Assembly: GCA_963719505.1 (NCBI GenBank)
Contig: CAVRCF010000001.1
Span: forward strand, 288,001-352,000
Length of the DNA stretch: 64,000 nucleotides
Direction of reading: 5' to 3'
Source of the DNA: Halobacteriovoraceae bacterium
GTDB lineage: Bacteria; Bdellovibrionota; Bacteriovoracia; Bacteriovoracales; Bacteriovoracaceae
Positions 46,885 through 56,440 of the stretch are shown here, in pieces. Both the position numbers and the translations under genes were made by a program. Numbering within the stretch: position 1 is the stretch's first letter; every line of letters begins with the position of its first letter. Below the pieces are notes generated by a model, which searched no databases, was not told the DNA's origin, and saw nothing but the letters and a program-made list of their open reading frames with translations.

Positions 46885-48447
46885 ATGAATGTAGATTTTA
46901 GTAAAGCAAAAACATATATACTCGATGGTAAAAGTCTAACCATTGATCAAATTTATGAAATTAGTAATGCAAAGGTTGGTGATGTCCACGTAAAATTAAG
47001 TGACGACGCTTTGGCCCTTATGCAAAAGTCACGGGACTATGTCGATCAAATTGTTGAAGAAGGAAAAGCTGTCTACGGAATTAATACCGGTTTTGGTGCA
47101 CTATCATCTAAACACATACCAAAAGCTGACCTTTCAACCTTACAATATAATTTGATACGTTCTCACTGCACAGGTGTAGGTAATCCCTTTCCGAAGCTTA
47201 CAACGAGAGCGATTATGATTCTTAGAGCGAATTGTCTTGCCTCTGGTTTTTCAGGAGTAAGTCTTGAATGTGTGCAACTCATTCTAGACTTTCTTAATTA
47301 TGGTATAACTCCTGTTGTACCAGAAAAAGGATCTGTCGGAGCATCAGGTGACCTTGCCCCTCTTTCACACATAGCCCTAGCGCTAATTGGTGAAGGAGAT
47401 GTCGACTTTCAAGACAAAACGATCAAGTCTGACTTTGCTATCGATTATATTAAAAAAGTTCCTGCGAAGCTTCGAGCTAAGGACGGACTTGCCCTAATTA
47501 ATGGAACTGCCGTTATGGCCGCCCTAGGTGCACTAGCTCTCTATGAGGCTAAGCGCATGATTAAAATCGCTGATATTGCGACTGCTCTTACCCTTGAAGC
47601 TGTTAGAGGAACCAAGCAGGCTTACGACGAAGACATCTCCGCTTTAAAGCCACAGCCTGGCCAAGTGCTAGTCTCAAAGAATTTAACAAGACTTTTAAAA
47701 GAAGAATCCGAAGTTTCAAAATCACATATTGATTGCGGCAAAGTCCAAGATCCATACTCACTAAGATGTGTTCCACAAGTTCACGGCGCTATTAGACAAA
47801 CGATCAGCCACGCAGAAGATGTTTTAACTGTTGAACTAAACTCTGTGACGGATAATCCTTTAATTTTTGTCGATAAGAAAAAAGTTGTCTCCGGAGGAAA
47901 CTTTCACGGTGAAGCCCTAGCTCTTTGTATGGATTATTTAGCAATGGGCATGGCCGAAGTTGCAAGTATTTCAGAAAGAAGAGTCGAGAAGATGATGAAC
48001 CCAACCTTTTCAGATCTCCCAGCCTTTTTGGTAAAGGAATCAGGTTTAAATTCAGGGCTTATGATCGCTCATGTTACGATGGCTGCACTAGCTTCAGAAA
48101 ACAAATATCTCTGTCACCCTGCAAGTGTCGATTCAATTCCTACATCAACGGACAAAGAAGACCACGTATCCATGGGTGTAACGTCGGGACGAAAACTTCA
48201 CGAAGTTATCAGAAATGTAAAAATCTGTCTTGCCATCGAGTTTTTATGTAACACTCAAGGTTTAGACCTCCTGAGACCTCTACGATCTAATAAAGCTCTT
48301 GAGGAAGTTTATAAACTCATAAGAAAACATGTTAAGCCCATTGAAAAAGATAGAGTTTTTCATATTGATATTAAAAATATAACGGCTCTTGTTTCAAATT
48401 TTGAAATTTTATCTGTGGTTGAAAACGTTGTAGGCGAACTCGATTAA
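46885..48447 (+). CDS. hutH: Histidine ammonia-lyase
   Basis: VYGINTGFG, MIO-forming GASGDL, QDPYSLRC and GGNFHG. Confidence 0.96.
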   Translation: MNVDFSKAKTYILDGKSLTIDQIYEISNAKVGDVHVKLSDDALALMQKSRDYVDQIVEEGKAVYGINTGFGALSSKHIPKADLSTLQYNLIRSHCTGVGNPFPKLTTRAIMILRANCLASGFSGVSLECVQLILDFLNYGITPVVPEKGSVGASGDLAPLSHIALALIGEGDVDFQDKTIKSDFAIDYIKKVPAKLRAKDGLALINGTAVMAALGALALYEAKRMIKIADIATALTLEAVRGTKQAYDEDISALKPQPGQVLVSKNLTRLLKEESEVSKSHIDCGKVQDPYSLRCVPQVHGAIRQTISHAEDVLTVELNSVTDNPLIFVDKKKVVSGGNFHGEALALCMDYLAMGMAEVASISERRVEKMMNPTFSDLPAFLVKESGLNSGLMIAHVTMAALASENKYLCHPASVDSIPTSTDKEDHVSMGVTSGRKLHEVIRNVKICLAIEFLCNTQGLDLLRPLRSNKALEEVYKLIRKHVKPIEKDRVFHIDIKNITALVSNFEILSVVENVVGELD

Positions 48448-49673
48448 TGCAAAACAATGAGACGATAAACCATCTGTTTTTGCCTGAGCACGGAAAAGAG
48501 CTAATCTCTGGGATTCCCTGGGCTTTTCCAAAACCAGAAGAGCAATTAGCTAAGTGGTCTTTTCTAACTCAAAACTATTTTTCGTTCGAACAAAATAATA
48601 TAAAGGCATTACAAGCGAGTCTTAATAATAATGAATTTCAATCTCCGACAAAAGAGAAGATTCAAAAATTTATTAAGGATAAAAGCGCCCATTTAAAAAG
48701 CTTAAGTAAAGTCCTAGACCCATTTTTAAAAAAAGAACAAAAGGTAAAGATAGACTCCTTTCAAAATATCTTGGCCTACCAAGATCTAATCTTTAGAGAT
48801 TGGTCTTGGGGAAAGCACGAGAATAAAGTCTACTTAGACTACATACTAAAGAGCTTAAAAGGTGATGAAAAAAATATTTTAGTTCTTGGAGCAGGGGCTT
48901 GTGGTCTTAGTCATCAATTAGCTCAGAACTCAAAAGCTAATATCATCGCCACCGATATTAATCCCTATCTCTTTCTTTCCTCTCAAAAGCTTTTTAATGG
49001 AAAAACATTGAAGCTGGGTGAATTTAACGATTATCCATCATCAATTGAGCACTACTCCTACATGCACGAGTTCGATAAGATTGAATCATGTAGAAATCAT
49101 TTTCAAGTTTTTTGTGACTTTGGACAACTCCCCTTTAAGCCGGGCTCTTTTGATGCTGTTGTTAGTCCTTGGTTTTACGATATCGTTGATCATGAACTAC
49201 CCTCTTCTCTTGGGCTAACGAATGATCAGCTCAACGACGCCGGCATCAATATTTTTATCGGTCCAAGTAATTTTCACAAAGGTAAGATTTCAAAAAGCAA
49301 AACGACAGAGGAGATTTTAGAAAATTTTGGTGCGCACTATGAAGTTGTTTCTAGTGAAAAAAGATTTTGTCCTTATTTAGACAATCCAAAAGTCAGCCAA
49401 AAGAGGACTGAAGAAGTTCTTTTTATAACGGCTTCTAAAAAAATAAAAACTGAAACCAAACAGCCCATAGACAATCATCAGATAAAGCTCACTCCAAGTC
49501 TCATCGCTTACAGACAAAAGGTTGAGGTTTTTTCAAAAATTTTAAAGCATGTCGGTGATAATCAAAGCTATGAACAGTTAGCTCTTAAATTGGAATCTGA
49601 ATTTAACTTTTCCCACGATGAAGCCCTCTATTACGCTAAGAGCTTCATGCAAAAAATCTATCAAGAACTTTAG
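48447..49673 (+). CDS. Class I SAM-dependent methyltransferase, N2227/carnosine N-methyltransferase-like
   Basis: IFRDWSW, ILVLGAGAC and FDAVVSPWFYD resemble the N2227 motifs RDWS, VLVPGAG.G and D.VVT.FFID. Confidence 0.6.
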   Translation: MQNNETINHLFLPEHGKELISGIPWAFPKPEEQLAKWSFLTQNYFSFEQNNIKALQASLNNNEFQSPTKEKIQKFIKDKSAHLKSLSKVLDPFLKKEQKVKIDSFQNILAYQDLIFRDWSWGKHENKVYLDYILKSLKGDEKNILVLGAGACGLSHQLAQNSKANIIATDINPYLFLSSQKLFNGKTLKLGEFNDYPSSIEHYSYMHEFDKIESCRNHFQVFCDFGQLPFKPGSFDAVVSPWFYDIVDHELPSSLGLTNDQLNDAGINIFIGPSNFHKGKISKSKTTEEILENFGAHYEVVSSEKRFCPYLDNPKVSQKRTEEVLFITASKKIKTETKQPIDNHQIKLTPSLIAYRQKVEVFSKILKHVGDNQSYEQLALKLESEFNFSHDEALYYAKSFMQKIYQEL

Positions 49674-50866
49674 TTCCCAACTTCTATAATCTCAAATTGA
49701 AACGAGAACTTGTCTAAGTTTACGCCCTGATCTTTTAAGGCCAAAAGGTAGTAGCTCGAAAGACTTCTCATTTGTGGTGTCGTTGTTGTATCGACAACCG
49801 TATACACGGAGTGCTGTGGATTGTAGTATCCATTTATTAGAGTCTTCATCCCTTTAACTCGAACACTTACTGAAGATGAGATAATTTCAGGATCCCAAAT
49901 TTGATAACTAAACTCATCAAATTCCTTAATTTTCAATCTTAAAGTCACTTCCTCATTTACATCGAGAAGGCCTGATAAATCATATTCTAAATAACCTGTC
50001 TCAGCTTGATTATTAACTGGGTTATTTGCGATGACCTGAGCCACGCTTAAAGAAAGAGTTGTGGTTTTTCCATCGTTACTTGTTTCAACAACGGTGTCTT
50101 CCTGAAGTGCTTTCCAGCTTTCAATTGCGGCTTTCATCTCCATCGCATCATCGTTACAGTTACTCCAACAGTAATGTCCATCATTTTGTAGTCTTTGAAC
50201 GAGGCGTGAGTTGAAAATATTGTTAAAATCGACAGCACCATTTCCTACCACACCGCTATGAGCAGTCATTGGATTGGGGTCCGCATGGAAAGGTCTCCTA
50301 TCTATATGACAGGTTGTACATCTTACTTTCGTAATCTGATGAACTGTTTGGGTAAAGGCTTCTACAGAACTAATACCTTCAGTAACAACAGTTGTTCCAC
50401 CACCTTGATCTCCACCAGTATTATCCTCTTCTTCAACTTCAGCTTGAGCGTTGACAACGACTGCCCACTCCTCAATAGCCTCTTGTATCTCCAAGGCGTT
50501 TTCACTACAGTCTGACCAACAGTTGTGGGCTTCATCTCTGAGCTTTGCTACTAGTCTTGAATTAGGAATATTTGAAAAGTTTACTTTAAATTGATTAACA
50601 ACAATATCGTGTGCTTCTTTTACATCATCAGATGCGTGAACCGGATTTTGGCTACTGTGACATCCAATACAATTCTTTCTTGTCACTCTATAGACTGATT
50701 TCTCAAAAGAATCTAATGACGCATTAGTTGAAAGAACGCCGGCATCGCCGCCACCGTTAAACTTTAATTCTGTTGGCCTAGGAGTGTAGGGATTTCCGCA
50801 CTGGTTATATGCGAACATCACCAAACCTAGCATCAAGATAATTTTTACTTGGATTATTCTTTTCAT
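49670..50866 (-). CDS. Exported protein with two repeated CxxCH (c-type heme) domains
   Basis: CIGCH and CTTCH, each followed by P.HA..D...AH...V.F.NI.NSRLV..L...H.CWS.C...A.E...AIE.W; N-terminal YNQC. Confidence 0.75.
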   Translation of the reverse strand: MKRIIQVKIILMLGLVMFAYNQCGNPYTPRPTELKFNGGGDAGVLSTNASLDSFEKSVYRVTRKNCIGCHSSQNPVHASDDVKEAHDIVVNQFKVNFSNIPNSRLVAKLRDEAHNCWSDCSENALEIQEAIEEWAVVVNAQAEVEEEDNTGGDQGGGTTVVTEGISSVEAFTQTVHQITKVRCTTCHIDRRPFHADPNPMTAHSGVVGNGAVDFNNIFNSRLVQRLQNDGHYCWSNCNDDAMEMKAAIESWKALQEDTVVETSNDGKTTTLSLSVAQVIANNPVNNQAETGYLEYDLSGLLDVNEEVTLRLKIKEFDEFSYQIWDPEIISSSVSVRVKGMKTLINGYYNPQHSVYTVVDTTTTPQMRSLSSYYLLALKDQGVNLDKFSFQFEIIEVGN

Positions 50867-50873
50867 TACATTC

Positions 50874-52364
50874 CTAAAAAATTAGATAGTCATTTAAATT
50901 GCTTCCAAAAGGATTATCACCAACGATCTCTTCGAGTCTTCCCTCTTCTCCATGTCTGGCGAGATAATTAGCGACCACAGCTTTGGCCAAGTTTGTAACG
51001 TTATTACTAATGACGTTGGCTGATTTTTCAACATTTGAATCTGCCTTCACATGTCCAACTTGCCTCTTTGCTGTATTAGAACCACTGGTACCGTGACGAA
51101 GAGTTGGTCGTCCTCCCTGATGCTGATAATTCAGCATAAAGGTAGCAGCTCTTTGCCCATCGTCATTGGTGAACTTATATTTTCCGCCTGCATTTTCATC
51201 GACCATTGATTTATTACTCGATATTCCACCGTCAGTGAAAACATAAACCATAACATCTTTCTGCTTTGCTGCAGCGAGGGCCAAGATTCTTCCGATAGCT
51301 TCGCCAGCTTCACGGTCTTTGTTCTCTTGCTCTACTCTGGTTCCTCTACCGTGATAGTCAAAACCACCAAGCTCGATTGTTCCCGTTCCAATGTATCCGT
51401 CTAAAACAAGCTTTGCTATTGATGCTTGTTTTCTTTGTTCGTTATTGTTTAAATTATCATAGATACCTGTTACAGCTGAGTCTTCTCTTGGGTCGATTGA
51501 AGCTGAGGTGTATCTTTGAGCATTATTATGAACTCTTTGATCAATATTATCTTTTGAAAATCCACATGCTGCGACTTCTCTTACCTGTTCAGGTAAACTT
51601 TTTTGCGAGAAAGAATTTAACTTTGACTCACTCATATATTGAATTGTTTGCAGAACTCTTTTAGCTTTTACGTCATCAAATAGATTATGCACTCTACCCA
51701 GTGAGATAAGTTGAACACAGTCATCAGGTGAATTTACTGCAACTGGTGCAATTGTTGGATCGTAACTCATTGTTGGGATGATTGATCGTCCCCCACTTCT
51801 TCCATTTCTCGTTCCAGCCGTTTGAGCGATATCTCCAAATGATCCGGCTTTGTTTAGCCAGTACATTGGGTTATGAGGGTTGTTAGCAGTGTCATCGTTT
51901 GAAACAGCACAAAAAACTGCTCCTTCACATTTTTGGCGAATAGACATACTCGTATTATTTCTTATTCCTTCAAGCATCGCTGATTGAGAGTGAAATTTTA
52001 GACCCAATTCCGTATTAATCATTCCACTATTCGAGGGGTTCATACTTGTTGGTAAACCAAGTCTTCCATAGTCGTTTATATAACTATGCTGTCCACCGGC
52101 GTCACCGACCATAACATTACTTCCAGGGATACTTCCACCGCCTGAAAGATCGATGATGATAATAGGTGTTTTTCTTTGGGATAGATCAAGTGGCTCGAAG
52201 CAATTCTCAGCGCCATAAGCTGACTTCATATTGAGTGCACCCAATAACGTAGGTGCCATAACAAAGCCCGTTCCTGAAATTAACCCTTGAGAGAGAAAGT
52301 CTCTTCTGGTCACTAATTTGTGATCTTTTGGAACAATGATTTTTTTAGTTTCGTCTTTTTTCAT
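50874..52364 (-). CDS. Tat-exported protein, DUF1501-like
   Basis: TRRDFL twin-arginine signal; LSGG, GGFDYH and TDG motifs as in DUF1501-type proteins. Confidence 0.65.
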   Translation of the reverse strand: MKKDETKKIIVPKDHKLVTRRDFLSQGLISGTGFVMAPTLLGALNMKSAYGAENCFEPLDLSQRKTPIIIIDLSGGGSIPGSNVMVGDAGGQHSYINDYGRLGLPTSMNPSNSGMINTELGLKFHSQSAMLEGIRNNTSMSIRQKCEGAVFCAVSNDDTANNPHNPMYWLNKAGSFGDIAQTAGTRNGRSGGRSIIPTMSYDPTIAPVAVNSPDDCVQLISLGRVHNLFDDVKAKRVLQTIQYMSESKLNSFSQKSLPEQVREVAACGFSKDNIDQRVHNNAQRYTSASIDPREDSAVTGIYDNLNNNEQRKQASIAKLVLDGYIGTGTIELGGFDYHGRGTRVEQENKDREAGEAIGRILALAAAKQKDVMVYVFTDGGISSNKSMVDENAGGKYKFTNDDGQRAATFMLNYQHQGGRPTLRHGTSGSNTAKRQVGHVKADSNVEKSANVISNNVTNLAKAVVANYLARHGEEGRLEEIVGDNPFGSNLNDYLIF

Positions 52365-52372
52365 TACAATCC

Positions 52373-53119
52373 CTATAATGTCGTTACTGGAGCTGAAGCG
52401 AGTAAAGCCGTACAGACTCCCTTAGCTACATCTCTTGTTGTGTTTGGTGAATTTAGGTTTATGTTGTCACCCTGTACAAGGTCGTCAATGAGCAAACTCA
52501 TCTGTGTTATCGCTACCTGCTCAACCTCAAGGGGTTGAACATTTCTTCCCCAAAATCTGTCAATAAAATCTCTTATCATTACCAACTTTCCGTTTGGTCC
52601 AAGAGCCTGATTAGGAGATTGAGAAATATTAAAATTTGTAAAGAATGAATTATAAAGTGCAGATCTATTAAATAATGAATGACAAAATTCAGCTGCAAGT
52701 TTTATTGTTGCAATTTGGTGAGCGGTTCCAAAGTTTTTAATACTGGCATCAAACGGTAGCTGAGTTTTTAAATCCTCGTATGTTCCTCTTAATGTATTGT
52801 CTTCAAGTGGGTCTACACTTGTTAAGACTTGATATGTAACATAGATAGCTTCAAAGTCTTTCACCCCAACGTCTGTTACTAATCTTGCTACTTCTGTTGC
52901 TCCAGCTTCTTGAAATTCACCCGATCCTCCTGGAGGAAGTGTTCCACCAGAATTAATTGGAGTATCGTGATATTCGTCAACGTCGCCACCACCGTTACTC
53001 TTTACAACCGGTGCATCGTATTGTTGGACAACACATTGGTTAAAAGTAAAAAACATCGTGCAAAGAAGACCTAATGAAATTAGCTTCCATACATTTTTAT
53101 TATGAAAATTAATCTTCAT
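52373..53119 (-). CDS. Exported hypothetical protein, possibly a lipoprotein
   Basis: Hydrophobic N-terminus ending FNQC; KLAAEFC and VCTALLAS at the C-terminus. Confidence 0.65.
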   Translation of the reverse strand: MKINFHNKNVWKLISLGLLCTMFFTFNQCVVQQYDAPVVKSNGGGDVDEYHDTPINSGGTLPPGGSGEFQEAGATEVARLVTDVGVKDFEAIYVTYQVLTSVDPLEDNTLRGTYEDLKTQLPFDASIKNFGTAHQIATIKLAAEFCHSLFNRSALYNSFFTNFNISQSPNQALGPNGKLVMIRDFIDRFWGRNVQPLEVEQVAITQMSLLIDDLVQGDNINLNSPNTTRDVAKGVCTALLASAPVTTL

Positions 53120-54326
53120 GCTTATCTCCTACACATTTCGCAACCGTTTTAACGAAAAGGTTTTTCATATTGTATTGATCGTTGCTCTCAAACTCGCTGG
53201 CCATTTGTTCGATGAAAGATTCATCTTCATCACCAGGAGATTTCACACAAACTAATTTAAAAACTTTTTTAGACATACAAACTGAGAACTGCCTAGACAT
53301 TGTTAGCATTTTTCCAAAATCGCTAGCACCATTTCCGGTTTGAGGACCTCTAAAACCTAGGTTTGAATTTTGTCCATCAGCCCAAAGGTTGATCCAGCTA
53401 TCATCCGTTGTTACGTAGCCTCCAGGAAATTCAGGCTCGTGGTTCATTTTACTATTCACACCATTATCATAGCGAAGTCTTCCACCTCTGAAGTCATAGT
53501 GTGCAAAAGCGCCACCTAGAGCATCTTGTCCAGCATGGCATCCAACGCAAGTATTCTTGTAGGTTCTTGAGTCTCCACCCGGATTTCTAGGAACATCTCT
53601 TCGTACTCTATAGTCTGGAGTGGTTGTGTCATGCAGGTCTTCAAAGTCCTTACACATAAAATTCATAAACGCATATCTAGTCATTCTTCTATTGGTACCA
53701 GCAGTGTAAAATGCCTCAGCACCAGCTCTTGAAGAAAAGATACCAGCACTTCCGTCTCGACCACCGGCCATTACGTTTACCTCATCTCTTCTATTATTAT
53801 CTTGTATATTATTTTCTGTTTGAATAACTTGTGTCTGTCTTCTTTCAACGAGGTTATCTTTTAATGAAAGATTTCTCCTCTCCATTTCTCTGTAATGATC
53901 ATTACTTGTTCTTCTAAAGTTGAAGTTTTGATTCCCCATACTTGGACCAACGTAAACAAGATCGTCATAAAGAGCTCTGGTAAAAGGTTTACCTGGCTGA
54001 TCACTATCTCGAATCGCTCCAATAAGTGTCGCCACCATATCATTGAGATCAACAGCCTTTGCTCTTTCTTGATTCGAAAAGGGTTTAAGCCAATTTTTAA
54101 GTTGTACGTCATAAAAGTAGCGACTCTGAATCGCTATCTTAGCGGCTTCTTCTAAACCTCTATCACCTGGGAACTGATTAATTTGGCTCTCCATTTGATT
54201 TAAGGTGGTACTTCCTGGCATAGGAGGTACACCTGTTAGGCGATTGTGAATATCCCAAGCTTTAAGTCTCGACTCTGTCGCCATAGCACTTGATGATAGT
54301 AAAATTAATAGCATTATTTTTTTCAT
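53109..54326 (-). CDS. Secreted CxxCH protein, DUF1585/DUF1588-like
   Basis: Signal peptide ending AMA, RLTGVPP, TNRR and CVGCH, with F..C..KKVF..VC near the C-terminus. Confidence 0.65.
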   Translation of the reverse strand: MKKIMLLILLSSSAMATESRLKAWDIHNRLTGVPPMPGSTTLNQMESQINQFPGDRGLEEAAKIAIQSRYFYDVQLKNWLKPFSNQERAKAVDLNDMVATLIGAIRDSDQPGKPFTRALYDDLVYVGPSMGNQNFNFRRTSNDHYREMERRNLSLKDNLVERRQTQVIQTENNIQDNNRRDEVNVMAGGRDGSAGIFSSRAGAEAFYTAGTNRRMTRYAFMNFMCKDFEDLHDTTTPDYRVRRDVPRNPGGDSRTYKNTCVGCHAGQDALGGAFAHYDFRGGRLRYDNGVNSKMNHEPEFPGGYVTTDDSWINLWADGQNSNLGFRGPQTGNGASDFGKMLTMSRQFSVCMSKKVFKLVCVKSPGDEDESFIEQMASEFESNDQYNMKNLFVKTVAKCVGDKHED

Positions 54327-54347
54327 ATTTTAGTCTCCAACATCTAC

Positions 54348-54375
54348 CTGTCGGAGAAATTTTAAGAAATCTTTA
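54348..54375 (-). promoter_or_regulatory. Putative sigma-28-type promoter for the CxxCH operon
   Basis: Minus strand TAAA-N16-TCCGACAG; a second TCCGATAA lies on the plus strand at 54402-54409 before the divergent gene. Confidence 0.4.
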
Positions 54376-54415
54376 TTGAACTTTATATAAGTGAATAATT
54401 TTCCGATAACTTTCC

Positions 54416-55240
54416 ATGAGAAAAATTTTTGCTGTTAATCTTTTATTATTTTCATTGGTTGTTTTAGTTGATCAATTAACTAAGACATATATCGGTGGCA
54501 TTGTCGGTATTCATCAGAATCATGGCTTATTCCTAGGTAGTTTTTCAAATTCACCGATAGCCTTTCGAGTTATAACCCTTGTTACATTTTCAGGTTTTCT
54601 GTTTTTTCTTTATTTTGTCTCTCTCTATCTCTTTCCTAATAAAATCAAAACTCTCAAGTACTCACTCAGTCTTATTCTCGGTGGAATTGTTGGTAATGTC
54701 TTAGATAGACTGCTTTTAGGCTACACTCGAGACTTCATTCCCTTTAAGCTTTATAGCTTTCAATCATTTTTCAATGCTTCAGATGTTTTTTTGGCCTTTG
54801 GATGCTTGGGTGTTATCTTTATTATTTTCAAGTACGATAATCTCATATGGATCCCGGATAATAATAGAGCAAATTATTTGGTTAATCCCAAAGAGCAGCT
54901 GAGACTTGCTTTTAAGTTTTTTATGGCTTCAATTTTAACGTCAGTATTTTTTGGGATTTTCTCTTTTTCCTTTCTAAGCGTCTATTTGAATGCTCCCTCA
55001 TCAGTTATTAGAGACTTTATAACCATCTTCTGTATCCTCTCAATTATTTTTGCGCTGAGCACATTTGTCTTGGGAATTTTTGTCTCTCACCGTTCTCAAG
55101 GACCTCTGTATGCCTTTGAGTCTTATGTAGAGAAGCTAATCGAAGGAAAGAGCTATAAGCTCAAACTTAGAGAGGGAGATAACAATAAGCATTTAGAAAA
55201 AGTCGCTCTCAAACTATATAATCATTTTATTAAGAAATAA
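54416..55240 (+). CDS. Signal peptidase II (LspA)-like domain fused to a two-TM HAMP-like domain
   Basis: DQLTK, N.G..., GGIVGNVLDR...G..RDFI and FNASD; the C-terminal half has VNPKEQ...SHRSQGPLYAF...LREGD. Confidence 0.8.
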   Translation: MRKIFAVNLLLFSLVVLVDQLTKTYIGGIVGIHQNHGLFLGSFSNSPIAFRVITLVTFSGFLFFLYFVSLYLFPNKIKTLKYSLSLILGGIVGNVLDRLLLGYTRDFIPFKLYSFQSFFNASDVFLAFGCLGVIFIIFKYDNLIWIPDNNRANYLVNPKEQLRLAFKFFMASILTSVFFGIFSFSFLSVYLNAPSSVIRDFITIFCILSIIFALSTFVLGIFVSHRSQGPLYAFESYVEKLIEGKSYKLKLREGDNNKHLEKVALKLYNHFIKK

Positions 55241-55276
55241 TTGGTTTTTTAGTCCACCTTTAATTACAATTATTTC

Positions 55277-56440
55277 ATGCATTTTATCATTTTTCTCATC
55301 ATTCTCTTTTCGGGAAGCGCACAGGCCTACCCCAACTTTATTTCTAAGGGTTATCACGCTTGTTTAACATGCCATTATAACCCATTTGGAAATGGACCTT
55401 TAAATGACTATGGTCGTGCACTTGGAGCTAGTGCGATTGCAGATAGATTATTTATTCCTGACTCGGTAACGGATGAGAAGCTAGCAGAAAACTCAGGGTT
55501 TTTCTTTTCTAAACCTTCTCAGAAATATATTCGCCCTTCAATAGATTACAGAGGAATGCAATTAAACAGAGGAATTGATCAGGATGATCCAGATCGCCGC
55601 TATATTAATATGCAAATAGATCTCTCCCTTACGGCTAAATTTGGAAAAACTGACAACTATATCGCAACCTTTACTCACGGAATTGTTCCAGATAACTCAG
55701 CAAGGCCTATAGATGGCAAAACGCAAGAGTTAAACTACACTCGTGAGGCTTACGTTGGATACAGGCCTGTCCCTTCTCTAGGGTTTTATGTCGGTAAAAT
55801 GGATAAGGTTTTTGGTATTCGTATTCCGGATCATAATGCCTACTCGCGCCTTTCAACAAACCTCAATCAATACTCAGCATCCACTGGTGTTATGGTTCAT
55901 TACGGTGAGGAGAAGTTTGATTTTGGAATACAATACTTCAATGGTGAAGGTGATATCGAAAAGAGAGATAATGAGCAAACTAGAGGTTTTACGACACTTT
56001 TTGAGTATTCTATCTTTACGGACTATCGAATAGGAGCCTCCCTTTTAACAGAAGAGGACATTAATAATAATAAAAAAGATATAGCCGCTTTTATCTTTAA
56101 AGCCAGAGTTGGAAAGGCTTCCTCTTTAATGCTTGAGACTGGGCAGATCAATAATGAACTTGTCTCTTCTGGCGAGAGCTCTTCCCGTTATATATTTATG
56201 CAAAACCACTTAAATCTAAAAAGAGGGATGAATTTTCTTTTTACTTATCAATACCTACAAGCAGATATAGATAAAGAATCTGAGATTTTTATTTATGCAC
56301 CGGGTTTTCAGTACTACCCTTGGCAAAGGGTGGAATTAAGAGCTGAAATTCAAAACCAAAGAGTAGTGGATGAAGACTCCAACACTCCGGTTGCGAGTGA
56401 TTCGTGGTCATTTCTAGGACAGGTTCACTTATGGTTTTAA
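55277..56440 (+). CDS. Outer-membrane beta-barrel with an N-terminal CxxCH motif
   Basis: Signal ending AQA, YP.F...GY..CLTCH.NP.G.G.LNDYGR, barrel strands and terminal QVHLWF. Confidence 0.75.
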   Translation: MHFIIFLIILFSGSAQAYPNFISKGYHACLTCHYNPFGNGPLNDYGRALGASAIADRLFIPDSVTDEKLAENSGFFFSKPSQKYIRPSIDYRGMQLNRGIDQDDPDRRYINMQIDLSLTAKFGKTDNYIATFTHGIVPDNSARPIDGKTQELNYTREAYVGYRPVPSLGFYVGKMDKVFGIRIPDHNAYSRLSTNLNQYSASTGVMVHYGEEKFDFGIQYFNGEGDIEKRDNEQTRGFTTLFEYSIFTDYRIGASLLTEEDINNNKKDIAAFIFKARVGKASSLMLETGQINNELVSSGESSSRYIFMQNHLNLKRGMNFLFTYQYLQADIDKESEIFIYAPGFQYYPWQRVELRAEIQNQRVVDEDSNTPVASDSWSFLGQVHLWF

